In this document: positions 1-12,500 of the stretch, piece by piece
Layout: each line of letters begins with the position of its first letter
Position numbering within the stretch: the first letter of the stretch is position 1
Assembly: GCA_051362555.1 (NCBI GenBank)
Contig: CM120641.1
Coordinates: 17,360,001-17,424,000, forward strand
Direction of reading: 5' to 3'
DNA from: Lingula anatina
Lineage: Eukaryota > Animalia > Brachiopoda
Length of the DNA: 64,000 nucleotides
Translations under genes and position numbers: made by a program
Notes under the pieces: model-generated
Database searches by the model: none
What the model was told of the DNA's origin: nothing
The model's input: only the letters and a program-made list of their open reading frames with translations

Positions 1-2396
1 TAGTTTACATATTTTTAAGTATTGAGCCGTGATATCGGACACTGCGGTACGGCGAAACTTATTCCAAGCATCAGATTTGCATTTCGTGTTGAGGAAATCA
101 AATAAGAAAAAAGTCAAATCTTCGCGTCGTTGATTTTTCTATAGTTAACCACTGTATTAACACACCGTCAGGTAAAAGGAAGATATAAAAAATGGATTGA
201 TAAGATTAAATTAAAAAGCGTTCACAGTATTCGCCTCAAATTTAATAAAATATAATCGTAGTAAAAGGGAATGCATAATGAATTGATTGCTTATTTCCAG
301 TCACATTTATTTTGTAGTCTCATGAATGTGCATTGGAAAAATGTTGAACATTTATTCGACCTGATAATTCAGCTATAAACCAAAACGAATGTAAATAAAT
401 CATGAGTATATAAATGTTTTTGATCATAATGGAAAATCAATTGTTTTTATTGAATGAACCCTATTTGACCGTCTGAGTGTCTGTCCCTTTTAAAGAAGGT
501 ACATTTTCGATACACAAATCAGGAACGACTTTTTGCTGAGAGTGCAAAACAAACTCGCATCTTGGGTCAACGAATTTTAAAGTTACCAGCTATTCTACCA
601 GACGAGAAAAAAATCCACCGTTTATATCTATATCGGATGTTGATTGGACGTGTGGGACTCTCAGATGCACATTTACATTCGTCCCATCAGCGAGGCGATC
701 AATAAACTGCACGAAATAAGTTCATTTGTTATGATTGCATTTCTTAAATTAGCGAGAGACAAGCTTTGATTTCTGCCCGAGTGTTTTGTTTGCCAGAATT
801 GACTCTTCACGATGTCTAACAACACTTTTTTTTACTTTTTTCTTGCAAACCATCTACAATTTGCTTTATAATATCACAAAGTGGAAAATAGATAACGTGC
901 ATATTTTTAAGAATTGAAATATTATTTTCTCACGAAAACAATGCTCAAGCAACCTGGCATGAAGTTTAATCAAATCGGGCATAATTTGATAAAGGAGTTT
1001 ATGGATACATTTCTATCATTTTGAATAAAGATTAACTTTCATTAGAACAGTGTTGGTCCCCTTGGTATTATTTTACCGTGAATTTTATTGAGGAGAGCAC
1101 ACCCCCTATTTCACATGCAAACAGCCATAATTGGAACTAAGCCGCAGCGCGACTGCCGTTCGGCAATCAAAACTACTCCTACATTGCGTAAAGTATATAA
1201 ACATTAACTGATTTGTTCTGAGTTATTCATACCAGTTGCAATAATTATTCACAGTATTGAATGACAGAATAAATATTGGAGAGGGATTACCTCTAACTTG
1301 GATTATTTCTTTTCTAAAAATTACCCTCATAACTACATGAAATGATTGACACAAGTTACAAAAAATTAATAAAATGTTGGAGCTGCTCGAATAGAAAAGA
1401 AACCTACCGGCAAGTTGCAATTTATTACGCCCGTTTTCCCACAGAAAAAAAAGATACACCGCAGGTTATTAAAAAGTTATCATTCTATAAAATGACAATC
1501 TGGAAAATTAAACCCAACGGGCCTTTTGTCTTTGCGGTTTCAGTTTGGGAAATTACAGATAACTAGAATATAAATATTTAGACTAAACGCTGACCATCAG
1601 ATAAACCCTCTGGCAAACAAGCTGATTATATATTTTTTGTAATCTTTAAAAGAGGAAAAAGGTTTCAAAAGCTCCATTTAAGACAAAACGCAGAATTTTA
1701 TTTGTGAAAACACGAATAGAACTACCTCCAATGCTCTGAAATACTGAATCGACTGATAAACTCTAACATGGCTACTTAGACCTTCTTTGCAGCACTTCAA
1801 ATAAAAACAATAGCAACTCTAGCGACATGAATAGAACTGAAAAAGACCAAGCCGCTTGCCGTATCGAACGGGGTAAATAGTGCGCAGAAAACATCTAAAA
1901 CGTAAGTGCTATTGATGCAAAGCTGCTGTTTGTACATGTATTTGTACCTTGAAAATACACGGAAACTGGTGCCCTTCCACTAGTTTATATGGTGGGGTAA
2001 GTGAGCAGGTTAAAAGATTGCTTCATGAAACTCGTCAGTGTATATTCCTCTGATCTGTATATCTTCAATTTTAACAGCTTGATATCATTAGATATAATGA
2101 TGAGTCTCACGCGTATGTAAGAAGGGTGTGGTCAACTTGTATGAAACGTTTAATGTATGATAAAGCAGCTGTCCTCATAAACGACCGTTTTTCATCAAAG
2201 TTCGATTGTTCAAACTATTTTTCCTTCCCCATGGCAACTTTCTGAATTTCAATGCACCTTTTTGTGGAAAAATGAACAGCTGAAAAGTCGGTCAAAGATT
2301 AAAAAAAAAACGGCCCTCCCCTTCCACCTCAAGTTATTTGCAAAGATCATAAAAATTTTAAATAACAGAATAAATGTAAGGGCATTTCAAACTTAC

Positions 2397-2474
2397 CGCT
2401 AGGTCCCATTCTGGAAAATTTTCCTCGTCAAAGGAGGCCACCCTGGTGACATAATCCTTCACGGGATGGGGCAT
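2397..2474 (-). CDS. ChAT: Probable first coding exon of choline acetyltransferase (MPHPVKDYVTRVASFDEENFPEWDLA, phase-0 donor); the rest of the gene would lie left of the window
   Basis: ATG in good context (cgcaccATG) at 2474, 26 open codons, then a consensus GTAAGT donor at 2396-2391. It lies downstream of VAChT on the same strand, as in the conserved cholinergic locus. No catalytic-domain sequence is in the window, so the identity rests on position and on my recollection of invertebrate ChAT N-termini. Confidence 0.65.
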
Positions 2475-2747
2475 GGTGCGTGTGCGGTGCCACGTCCGGT
2501 AGTAAGCAGTGCAGGACTTCAACCGTCGTCGGTCTTACAGAAGCGGGCAAATATCGTCGACAGCATCGGCCAAGGATTACCGTCTCAGATCTCACGAAAG
2601 GAAAGGCTTCTGTGATCCTCTATCTTCTTGGCTGATGGTGCAAAAATTTAGATTTTAGTAAAGGTTTTCTTTAGCAGTTCCTTTGAATGGCCACACGCTT
2701 GATAACGATTGCCTCATGCATGTTGTTGTTTGATTTGTAAAATTTGG
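2475..2747 (-). other. Putative 5' UTR part of the ChAT-specific exon
   Basis: Strong acceptor tctcattttcAG at 2749-2748 on the minus strand; the region is GC-richer than its flanks and contains three short uORFs. Confidence 0.5.
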
Positions 2748-5700
2748 CTGAAAATGAGACGTGGTCGCTTAACTCAAGTTAAAAATGCGTGAGTTTCAGA
2801 TCAAGTTAATTAAGTAAGTATCTTACTATGTCTCTTAACCTCACGACTTTGGCATCCAGTCATCACGCTCCTATTGGCTCTACCCTTTTTGAACGCAGCT
2901 ATGCAATGACAACATTGCCGGAGAAATGGATTTTGAAATAATTTGATTCTATCGACTTTCGATGCTGGCATGACTGGTTCATAATAGAATTGGTAGTGAG
3001 GAAAGAACGCATGAAGAAAAGTCGCAGCAAGTTTGTCGATTGGGTTTTGTTTACCATCTGATAGTTTCGCAGCAGATCAATAGTGTCGTAAATGTTCCAA
3101 AGGGCGGTCAATATTTGTCCATGATTTCACTTGCAGACAGTAACAGGGGTGGATGCTCCAAACTCCCCATAACAATGTGTTTTACTGTTGTATATCACAA
3201 GTTTCGCTTTCATGTATTCTCATTTTGATCTAGAATAACTTTGATGTAAAGGTGTTAAACCATTCTGTGAACAGTAATTAATCTGTTCCACTCGGCAACT
3301 ATGTTATGTGTGCACACAAACTGTATCAGGTGCAGCTGTTCTTTTCTGAATAATTAACAAACTATTTCCCCTATTTGATAATTGTCTGCTTTATCTTCCG
3401 ATATCCTGCCGTAAGTGCATTCAACAAATTCGATTGAACTGGTTTAAATAATTGTATCTTATCGCGTGTCTTTTATTTTGTCAACAAAAAGCGATGGATA
3501 TTTCCATTAATATTAAAGCGAGCATTGTGATACACAATGAAGGCCATGTTTTCCTGGAGGGGTGAAGTTCAGAGAAGATACATTCTAAATGCTGTATTGT
3601 TCTTTATAACTCAGGCACATAAATGATTTAATACTGTTAAATGGCATTTCTCACGTTGGTCACCTCCAAGCATCCTGTGAATCAGTAGTGGATGAAAAAA
3701 GGACATAAAAAGGAAACCACGTATTGCTATTTTTGTAATTTTACTATTGTGTGTGATGCTAAAATGTCAACGATCTCAGTATTTCTTAAATTCCAAATTG
3801 ATATTGTTCTAAGAGCTGGAGAAATCTAACACGATTACCATCAATAAACTTTCCCAGAACTTCAATTAAACCTCATTACTAGATCGAGACATTTAGGATA
3901 AATTATTATACACGTATGTACCATTATGATTTATAAAATAATACTATACAAAACAGGCTATTTTCATATTGTGTGATCAAATTTAAATATGGTTTTTTCT
4001 TACTCCTAAAGCATTTCAATAAGGGGAAGACATGTTTACATTCTCTTCTCACTTCCACAGGCATTAACATCGAGAAGAACAACAAGCTTAATATCTCAGC
4101 GGCTTAATAGATTTGACTTTAGTTCATAAATGCACTTCACTGGAATCAACATCCCTTTCATTAAGTCTTGAACATTAAGTCGACAACTTATTAATGTGTT
4201 CCGTAGAGGAAACGATGTAATGCCAATAATGTCGCCGTTGAGGATTGGGCTGGAGCTTAGTCTTTAATCAATCCGTGTCAACAAAACACCTTCCAAGATC
4301 AATTTCAGTATATTTTAGGTATATTTGTCGATTTCAACTCCAGGCGTGAACATTTCCCCCTTCGTATTATTGCCCCTCTAGGAATATTGATATAAAACTT
4401 TGCAAATCCTTCCGAAATTAGTTTTTATCAGAGTGCAAAAAAAAAAAAAAAAAAAAAAAATAGTCCTGCTATTTCCATGAACACTAAAGTTAAAATCCAC
4501 AAATAAAGAATTACACAGTGTATTGATCAGGTTATCCTTCTTACTTTTTTACTTTAGTAAATACCTAGCCTGCAAATTAAACCTTTGGTTGATAATTAAA
4601 TTATATCAGGTCTGGCAAATAGTTCAATCCTCTTGAAATACCCAGTTTTCCTCTCGTTTTTGTCGTATTATTTGATTCCAAGGTCCACGAAGGTGCTTGT
4701 GAGCCAAGGGGCCCGAAATACAGCAGGGAAAATGCCAGTGATGCAAGTGATTGAAAGTCAGTTATATTTGAATAAACGTATCGGTTCAAGTGCAATATTG
4801 TTAACTATGATTTATGTTAAATTTGATCTTAACGAACAGGTCACAAGGCATAAGGGATTGACGGATTTCTTTATTGTAGTTAGTTTCTGTTTTACATCAC
4901 ATCATCCTGATAAACGACCGCCTCTGCTCGCACTTTGTTTAATACTGAAAAGTCGTCTAAACAGAGAGAAATACGACATCCTCTCCTTGGTACGGGACTT
5001 AAAGTTTCTGGCAATCAACCTCCGAAATCAATTTTCGTGTTCTGCTCTGCCTCTCAAGTAATTCACTCATGCAGCACTTCCTCTTATTACCAACTAATGA
5101 AGAGATTCCAAAACGGATGGAATCCCCTGTCACCACCCTGTGCGTGCTACTTCCTTGCCTAACATCCATGGGTCAGAAGAACACATTCGAAACATTTTAT
5201 GAAATAAAAAGTGAGCATTTGAATCCAGTGGGGGAACAAAAAGGCCGCGTTATATTTCAAATATATACATATTTTTAATGTTGACCCAAAAGAAATTGGC
5301 ATTTGCCAGTCTTTGATTACCCTGTTGTATCTTTTTTATTTGTTAGCGCAAAACATTATCGGTGCATATCAGTGCTAAAGGCAAACCATGCTTTGAACCC
5401 TTTTTGTGTTTTCTCCATCAGACAGACACGTTATTAGTTCAACTCTCTATCAGATATGTATACATCCTGACGCCATTGGGATATAGTCGTCTAAATGAAG
5501 ACAAGAAAAACAGAAAAATCATTTGAAATAGGTTTCATTTCTTTTTATTTCTTAAAAATACACCTACCGAAAGGTAAAACTATAGATATTAACCGCGGTC
5601 TATACATTACTTTCGTACACTTATAATGCAGGATCTTCTTACATCGACGTGTTCCGTGCTAGCAGAGCATGTCCGATCTGTATTAATGCTTTCTACTTTT

Positions 5701-6997
5701 GGATCCCAGCACGACGTTTTTGTTGATTACTAGAGGAATCCCCGGGGGCCCGGCGGTTCACGCTTGACACACAATTTAAAACTATATCGATTTCAATTGC
5801 CAAGGAATGCTTAATCAATGTTTTACAAACAAACCAGTCGGCATTTAGGGAGTAATGCTTATTGCACTTCTGAACCTGGTTTCGAAAATAAATTTATATG
5901 TTAAATTTTCTTTAATTTCTAGAGAGAGATATGAGATCTCTGTTGAAGCACACTGCACCGTATGTGGTATATGGTATGATATGAACAACCTCATCTCTCT
6001 CTCTCACTCTCTCTCTCTCTCTCTCTCTCTCGCTCAACGAAATGTAATCTGATATATATTCAACCTGCGTCAAATAAGGCGAAAAAGACGCCCCACTTTT
6101 TAGTCTGATAAATTTGACTTCAGTTCCACGGAGCAATACGGGCAATAAAACAACATTAAATGAATTTTATTTAACTTAGCTCCATATTTACAGAAATCGT
6201 TATCTTCAGTGTGACTTCTCAGCGAAAATAACTTCAACTGTGTACTTTGAGGTCCCGTCACTAAAGCGTCTACAGTTCATCTCTCATTCTTCCTCTCATA
6301 AACTTGAGATTTTGCAGGCTGACTTCCAGTTGAAATATCAATACTTCAGCCAGGCATTATTTCACTTAATTAAATGTTATTTGATTTGCTGGAAATAATA
6401 TACTTCATCCTTAACTTAATTTCACATCACTCATCCTAACAACATTCTATCCCTAATTCAGTTTTCTTAATGAATTGAGATGGAACCATATATTTGAAGT
6501 GGCTATTATGTATAAGTCTGCAAAAGTGGGCGAAAGAGAAAAAATATCAATTGACGACGAAAGATTTAAGGATCATGTTTACGTTGGGTAGACTGAACGT
6601 TTTTGATAGTTGCACAATGTTATTCATTTTTGGGAGATACTTGAAACGGTAGCATTTATATTCAAAAGGAAATCAAAAGTCAAAAGGCCGAAAACCGAAT
6701 GTCAAATCTACGCACGAGAAGCATCACTTGAAAAGCGGTCACTGGTTCTTGATAATGAACACACAAAAACAAACTAAAACAGAACATGGGAAATAATGTG
6801 ATTTGCTTTATTAGAATGCACCCTATATACTAGAAGGCCTGACAGTTTAATTACAATAATGCCTTCCTAACAAGTGCCAGTTATAATTATAGTGATGAAA
6901 ATAACTTGTGATTGACTTAATTTCACTTGCTGATGAGTGTTTAAATTAAAAGCAGCTACTGCATCTTAATTATTTTGAAATGCTGTTTGTCACCGCA

Positions 6998-8998
6998 TCA
7001 CCAATCAGAGTCTGAAGAGTCATGCTCAACGCGCGACGTTCCACGCGCACGCACATGCGAGCTAGAATCACCATTGGCTTCCGTGCTATCACCGAACAAA
7101 ATCTTTTCAGGGTTATAAAACGGATTAACCGCTTCTACTTGTTTAGGTTCTGCCTTCATTTCTTGATAAAGAGGGGGTGCTGCCCAAGGGTCATTCTTGG
7201 CCATTTTAGTGGGCATCCATGGTTCATTTGTGTCCAACTTTTCCGAATCTATAAACGGGTTTATATTGCTTGGTTTTCCCGTGTTGAATGGGTTGGAGGT
7301 GCCGTTGATGCTCTCATATGACCTAGTACCTTGGGTATACTCCAGATGATTTTTCTTTTCGTTATCCACTAGCCTCGTCCCGTCTGTATTGTTCACCATA
7401 TATGTCTTGTAGTCCATATTGGGAGCACCGTCTATTAAAACACCGGCTTCATTCTCAAAAGGTTTGTATTTGTATATTACTTTCAGAATTATCAAAAGCG
7501 GTGCATAAAGCACGTTACTAAGACAAATACCGATGTTCAGGGACGTAAACCCTATACTTTGAACAATCTGCCCGGCTACTATGGGACCAAAAGCATATGC
7601 AAATGAATAAGATATGTCAGCGATTGCGTAAACGCTGCCGTACACAGAAACATGGCGTACATCTACAAGGTAACCTAGTGTTGGCAACAAAGCCGTGTCT
7701 ACTAAAGCTATACCAAAACAAATTAGACAAATGGGGACAATGAGTATACCATACGTTTTGCAAAACGGAATGGCCAAACAACTCAACCCTTCCATAGCCA
7801 AACCAACGGCAGCCATTAGCCATTGATATTTAGGGTAGTTCTTGGCAAGTTTAACTGTCAAATATACACCTGTCACGTGTGGAATAAATGCCGGTAGCCA
7901 AATGAAACCCATCTCCCATTCTGTGGCGTTCATAGTGTCCTTCATCCAAATAGCAATGGTCGGTTCCAAGAAGGCCAGAGAGACGTTTGACATGGCCAGA
8001 GCGCCAGCGGCAATGGCGATGAAAGGGTCCATCAGAAGACGCCATATTGGAGTACCTTTTGGCAAATTCTGCGCCGCCTTCTTGGCTTTACGCTCCCGAC
8101 GGATAGGTCCCATTACGAAGAGCAAAAGGGCGCCGTCCAACAGGGCTACTGTGGCAAGAGTGAGGAAGGGTACCCTTTTACCCAGGAACTGGTACAGCCC
8201 TCCGCCGAACGGCGGGGCAACCAGACAACCGAATGAAATGAAGGCTAGAGCGATACCAAGGGCCTGGCTTCGCTCCCCTTCCTCGTGGTACCGATCGGCA
8301 ATCATGGCCAGGCCTGAGGTGTCGGCAAATGCGGATCCTACCCCCTGCAATCCCCGTGCCATGAACAGCACGGCATAGGATTCTCCAAAGGCAAACAGTG
8401 ACGTGGAACAAAAAATGACACCAAGTCCTATCATCATAGGTATGTCATACCCGATTCTGTCTATCAAAGCTCCGGAAAACGGGTTTATCATAAGCTGAAT
8501 GATGGCCTTGATGGCGAAAAGTACGCCAACGGAGATGTCTTCCGCGCTATAGTCAAGCACTGCCAGCAGTTTGCGCTTATGTGTGGTGGCGTTGGCTGTG
8601 GCATTGCACGGCGGCAACAAGGTTGTTGTGTCGGAATTGTTTAACATAGACACGCTGGTTGTTTCTGTAAAGTTATCAGTAGAATTATAATCTACAGTAT
8701 AGTCTATTGTAAAGTCTACAGGTGACTGTGTAGCGTTAAGCGGGGTACAGTTTACTTGTGGTGCCATTGTCGGGGCTGGTGTTCCCCCCAGTATCGCGGG
8801 AGGGCCCCATGCGTTGATACTGCGAAGGTAGTCCGGAATGATGGGGACTATGACCATATATAACATATTGTCCAGCAAGAGAACTATACACACAATGACT
8901 AAGATTATTCTTCGCTGGCTGACTGGGTCTTCAATTTTAGTCTTGATCCTCCTGAACAGCTCCGACACTTCCACGTTGAGAATGGGTACGACAGGCAT
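6998..8998 (-). CDS. SLC18A3: Vesicular acetylcholine transporter (MFS, SLC18 family), intronless CDS, 666 aa
   Basis: [52 protein letters not shown] and [18 protein letters not shown] are motifs characteristic of VAChT; multiple hydrophobic helices; uninterrupted ORF. Confidence 0.97.
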   Translation of the reverse strand: MPVVPILNVEVSELFRRIKTKIEDPVSQRRIILVIVCIVLLLDNMLYMVIVPIIPDYLRSINAWGPPAILGGTPAPTMAPQVNCTPLNATQSPVDFTIDYTVDYNSTDNFTETTSVSMLNNSDTTTLLPPCNATANATTHKRKLLAVLDYSAEDISVGVLFAIKAIIQLMINPFSGALIDRIGYDIPMMIGLGVIFCSTSLFAFGESYAVLFMARGLQGVGSAFADTSGLAMIADRYHEEGERSQALGIALAFISFGCLVAPPFGGGLYQFLGKRVPFLTLATVALLDGALLLFVMGPIRRERKAKKAAQNLPKGTPIWRLLMDPFIAIAAGALAMSNVSLAFLEPTIAIWMKDTMNATEWEMGFIWLPAFIPHVTGVYLTVKLAKNYPKYQWLMAAVGLAMEGLSCLAIPFCKTYGILIVPICLICFGIALVDTALLPTLGYLVDVRHVSVYGSVYAIADISYSFAYAFGPIVAGQIVQSIGFTSLNIGICLSNVLYAPLLIILKVIYKYKPFENEAGVLIDGAPNMDYKTYMVNNTDGTRLVDNEKKNHLEYTQGTRSYESINGTSNPFNTGKPSNINPFIDSEKLDTNEPWMPTKMAKNDPWAAPPLYQEMKAEPKQVEAVNPFYNPEKILFGDSTEANGDSSSHVRARGTSRVEHDSSDSDW

Positions 8999-9047
8999 TT
9001 TGATGATGTGGTTAATTACGGTTTTTCTGTTAATATTGTTTTCAAAC

Positions 9048-9201
9048 CTAAAAATAAATGTAAAAAGTTCGTCAAAATGTTTGGCAATATAAAATATCCC
9101 TGCATATGATCAAAATGTTATTTTTAAATGATGCTACATTTTAAAAATGCTTAGGTTAACTTTTCTGACAATTTTTGAATGTGAAAAATACCCAATCTCA
9201 C
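9048..9201 (-). other. Putative 5' UTR intron of VAChT (154 nt); the upstream non-coding exon ends at 9202
   Basis: Donor AG|GTGAG at 9201 and acceptor catttatttttAG| at 9049-9048, 49 nt upstream of the VAChT ATG. Confidence 0.6.
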
Positions 9202-9552
9202 CTTCACTGTTGGTTCTTCGTTTCCCCCTTACTTGTTATCTTAAAGTTAAAAGCTTTAGAATAAAAATCAACTTCTCCAAATTGGCCTTTTTCTGACTCC
9301 CGTTTCCTGTTTAAGTCAGGGTGATGTATTGCTTCCAAACCAACATGAGTCCAGAAAGGTTCGTATTGACAACTTTCGCTCTCAAATGATTAATAATTCA
9401 GGATTTTTAAATCGATGTGTTTTATTTTCCTTACTTTTCTTAAGCCGTATCCAAACAATCCTTGTAGGAAATATTGGTAATTTGACAGCTGGGCCGACGC
9501 CTTCTCTGCCTTGGAGTCAAGTTCTGCTAATGGTCACCTGATATTTTAAGCT

Positions 9553-9563
9553 TGCGCATGCGC
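9553..9563. promoter_or_regulatory. NRF1/Ewg-like palindromic motif TGCGCATGCGC in the presumed cholinergic-locus promoter
   Basis: Motif seen directly, about 350 nt upstream of the 9201 donor; function inferred. Confidence 0.35.
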
Positions 9564-12500
9564 GGTTGTAGTGGTCGCTGTCGACTCCTCATTCCTGTCA
9601 GTAAGCTGTTGGTTTCCTTAAAGAAGGAGAATAACATCCAATGTAATTCAGTCCTCAATTCGTCAAAGTTTGTTCGAATTTTATTGATTCTGTGCCAATT
9701 CGATTCAGCGTTTGCTCACATCCCCAACGTTTCCAGCCATAAGTATATCTTCAGTTTGCAAAGTCGTCCCAAAAACATTTGGGCTGCGGATATCTAAAAC
9801 GAACTTCTATCAGCAAAATCACATCAAATTATCAATCAGAAGTTTCTTTCCAGACTCTGTTATCCTGGAAACACGACAGGCAATTAGAGACCCACACAGT
9901 TTTATAAATTAACAGCTAGAGTCGCAGCAGTGTCTCAGGGGACCAATAAGGCAATGGTATATGAGTATCAAGAAACTCTTTAATTAATATCTGGGATTTA
10001 TAAATGGAAACTGTTTTATAGCGTGAGCAGACTGTTAGTCAGTTACTTCTATCTGGGGGTTGATGTATCATTCTTCAACCACTGTAACCCAAAGTAACGG
10101 GATTTGCAGGCACTAGGGTCCAATAACTCAAGAAATTATCCCAAACTGTGACGTAGAAGAATGATTCGCACGTTGGAATGTTCGATAAAACTAGGAAATA
10201 AGATTAATTAAGGCACGCATTTAACAACCTACTCACGAAAGTAATATATACGTTCTTTGTCTTTGCCAGGTCTTAGTTTCCCAGGAATTTATTGTTTTGT
10301 CAAAACATCTACGCAATGAATTTTTTGTTCAGAAGGGAGAAAGGCTAAGATCTGGGAATGTGTGTTTTTCAAGTGGTTTTTCAAACTTGAAATTTCCACA
10401 CTTGAATAAATGAATACAGTATATAGATAGCAGCTCGGGTTTATTGCTACAAGAAGACATATACAGTGGTAATAATTGAAGTGATAGCTTGATAAGGACT
10501 CGGGCTTGAACTGCCTATTAATGTGCTCAGCGGTATTAGTGTAAAGTCGTAATAATAGTCACCCAAATCCGTCAAAGTCGTGCACAAAAACCGACAGTTT
10601 AGTGGGGAGCGTCAAAGAACTTGACAGCACTCGAAATAGATTATACATACAAATCAGATTAAGGCACAGTAATTTTCAAAGTAATAGACAATCGGATGCT
10701 AAGTAAACTAGATGGTCTCAGCTGCCAGATTCCCAATTACATCCAAACAGCGTATAAAGTAATAGATTTTGAGCTATATGCTGTCTCATTAGACTGCACC
10801 GCTCGATAGAAAGAAAACAGTATCGACCCGAATATCGGCCAATTTATCTCGGTGAAGCAAGGGACCAGCGTCAATTGCAGATGAGAGAAGTTAAGATGTG
10901 TCGAGGGCCCCATGAGAGGCTGGCCTCTTTAACTTACTCCTCAAGAGGGTGGGGTGCGTCCCAGTTGATTCACACAATGTACTTCTCCAAAAAATTGAGG
11001 AATAAGTATAAATTTGTATTGAGTTATTTCAAATTCTCCATGGATTAATCAAAGCAAAAAATGAATATTTTGACTGTTTGAAAATATTGTGACATAACGT
11101 TTGCTTCGTTATCAACATATCGGAAAGCCACATAATTAGGTTATTGTAGAAAGTCTTTACATTGCCGGTGTGACAGGTACCATATTCCGCTAAGAACCGT
11201 AGTCCGCTCCCCATTACTTTGTACAGGCGTCATTCGTCCCATATACTTATTAACTAGCCCCAATACTTTGACTAACCTTAACCTGTACTAATCATATGGG
11301 ACCTCAGACTTTCGTTCGTAGGACTACCATTCCTGTAACACTGGTGAGATGCACCTTCTCCCTTTTTACTCAAACGAAATGCTGGATTCAGACCCGGGCC
11401 TTTCCCACGAAGAGGATAACAAAATGATCTTCGGTCGACAGAAAAAGTGTCAAATTCTGCAAAATTCATTTTTACAGCTGCTGTGAAAATGGGGGCATAG
11501 GGATTGGGCACTCATTTCTTGATGTCATTCATACGCCAGTGACATTCAATATACTGAGAGTGTTTGTCAAAACTTTCTGCTGAACTAAAACCAGTATGCC
11601 GTTTAAGGTAGTTTAAAAGGCAATTTTTACTTTATCAGAGAGTTTATCCATTTAATATATGTGTATAGTATTGCTGTTCCTTGAAATTAACATTATTCAA
11701 CCTGAACAATTAATTTTTATGCTATTTCGAACATGTACAGAATACAATGTGCATTTGATACAAAAAATCTTGAGAATCTTATCAGCTTAAATTGACCTTT
11801 TTCTTAAATTGTCGGGGTTTGTACTACATTTATATACAAGAAGATTAGATAATAAGGTTTTTATAACAACAATTTTTTTATAATCTATGACATCATTAAG
11901 ATAATATTTTTTTATTTTCAAAACGGCTTTTAACTATTCTTTAACATCTTTATTTATAGAGTGATTTGAATCGAACATCGATTTTGGACGAAGAAATTCA
12001 TGATTATACACAAAATATTACGTTTAGCATGGTAGTTAACTGGTATAACTAATGAACAAAGCTTACTTCTTACAACATCATCAGACTCACGTTATTAACG
12101 CAAATCTAGCTTTTACAAAACAAAATCTCTTGCGAAATCAACTTTCAACCAGCGGCTCAAACAATCGATTAGCAAGTTTAGGGCTCATCTTATTCAATTG
12201 GATTAGCAAGTTCCCGAAATTGTGTTTATCTAATTGAGTTGCTGAAGATAAATAGCTGAATTAACGCCAACTATGACGCCGATAGCCTCCAAGTTCGTGG
12301 GACTTGAACGCCCTTCACGCGTCTCAGCGTCTTAAGGTACACGCTACCAGTGCTGGTTCAAAGTGTAAGCGCAGTCGGCACGGGCCGAAAAAAAAAGAAA
12401 TAGTCCATCATACCTCCGCCCTAGGTATTATGGTAAAAACGTTTTGAAACCTCTTGAAATGTATCATTAGATAGGTTATTACATTACAGATCATTAACGC

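Noticed and set aside
4633-5278. 142-aa and neighbouring ORFs between VAChT and the ChAT exon
   Set aside because: Mostly non-ATG starts, random-looking composition, and no splice or domain support.
6956-7000. Stop-codon readthrough or selenocysteine at the VAChT TGA
   Set aside because: The context TGA-TGC is not a leaky motif, the extension is only 13 codons, and no SECIS-like element was recognised.
7022-8411. Overlapping ORFs inside VAChT (e.g. 7842-8378 +, 178 aa)
   Set aside because: Antisense or alternative-frame shadows of a GC-richer CDS with no recognisable motifs.
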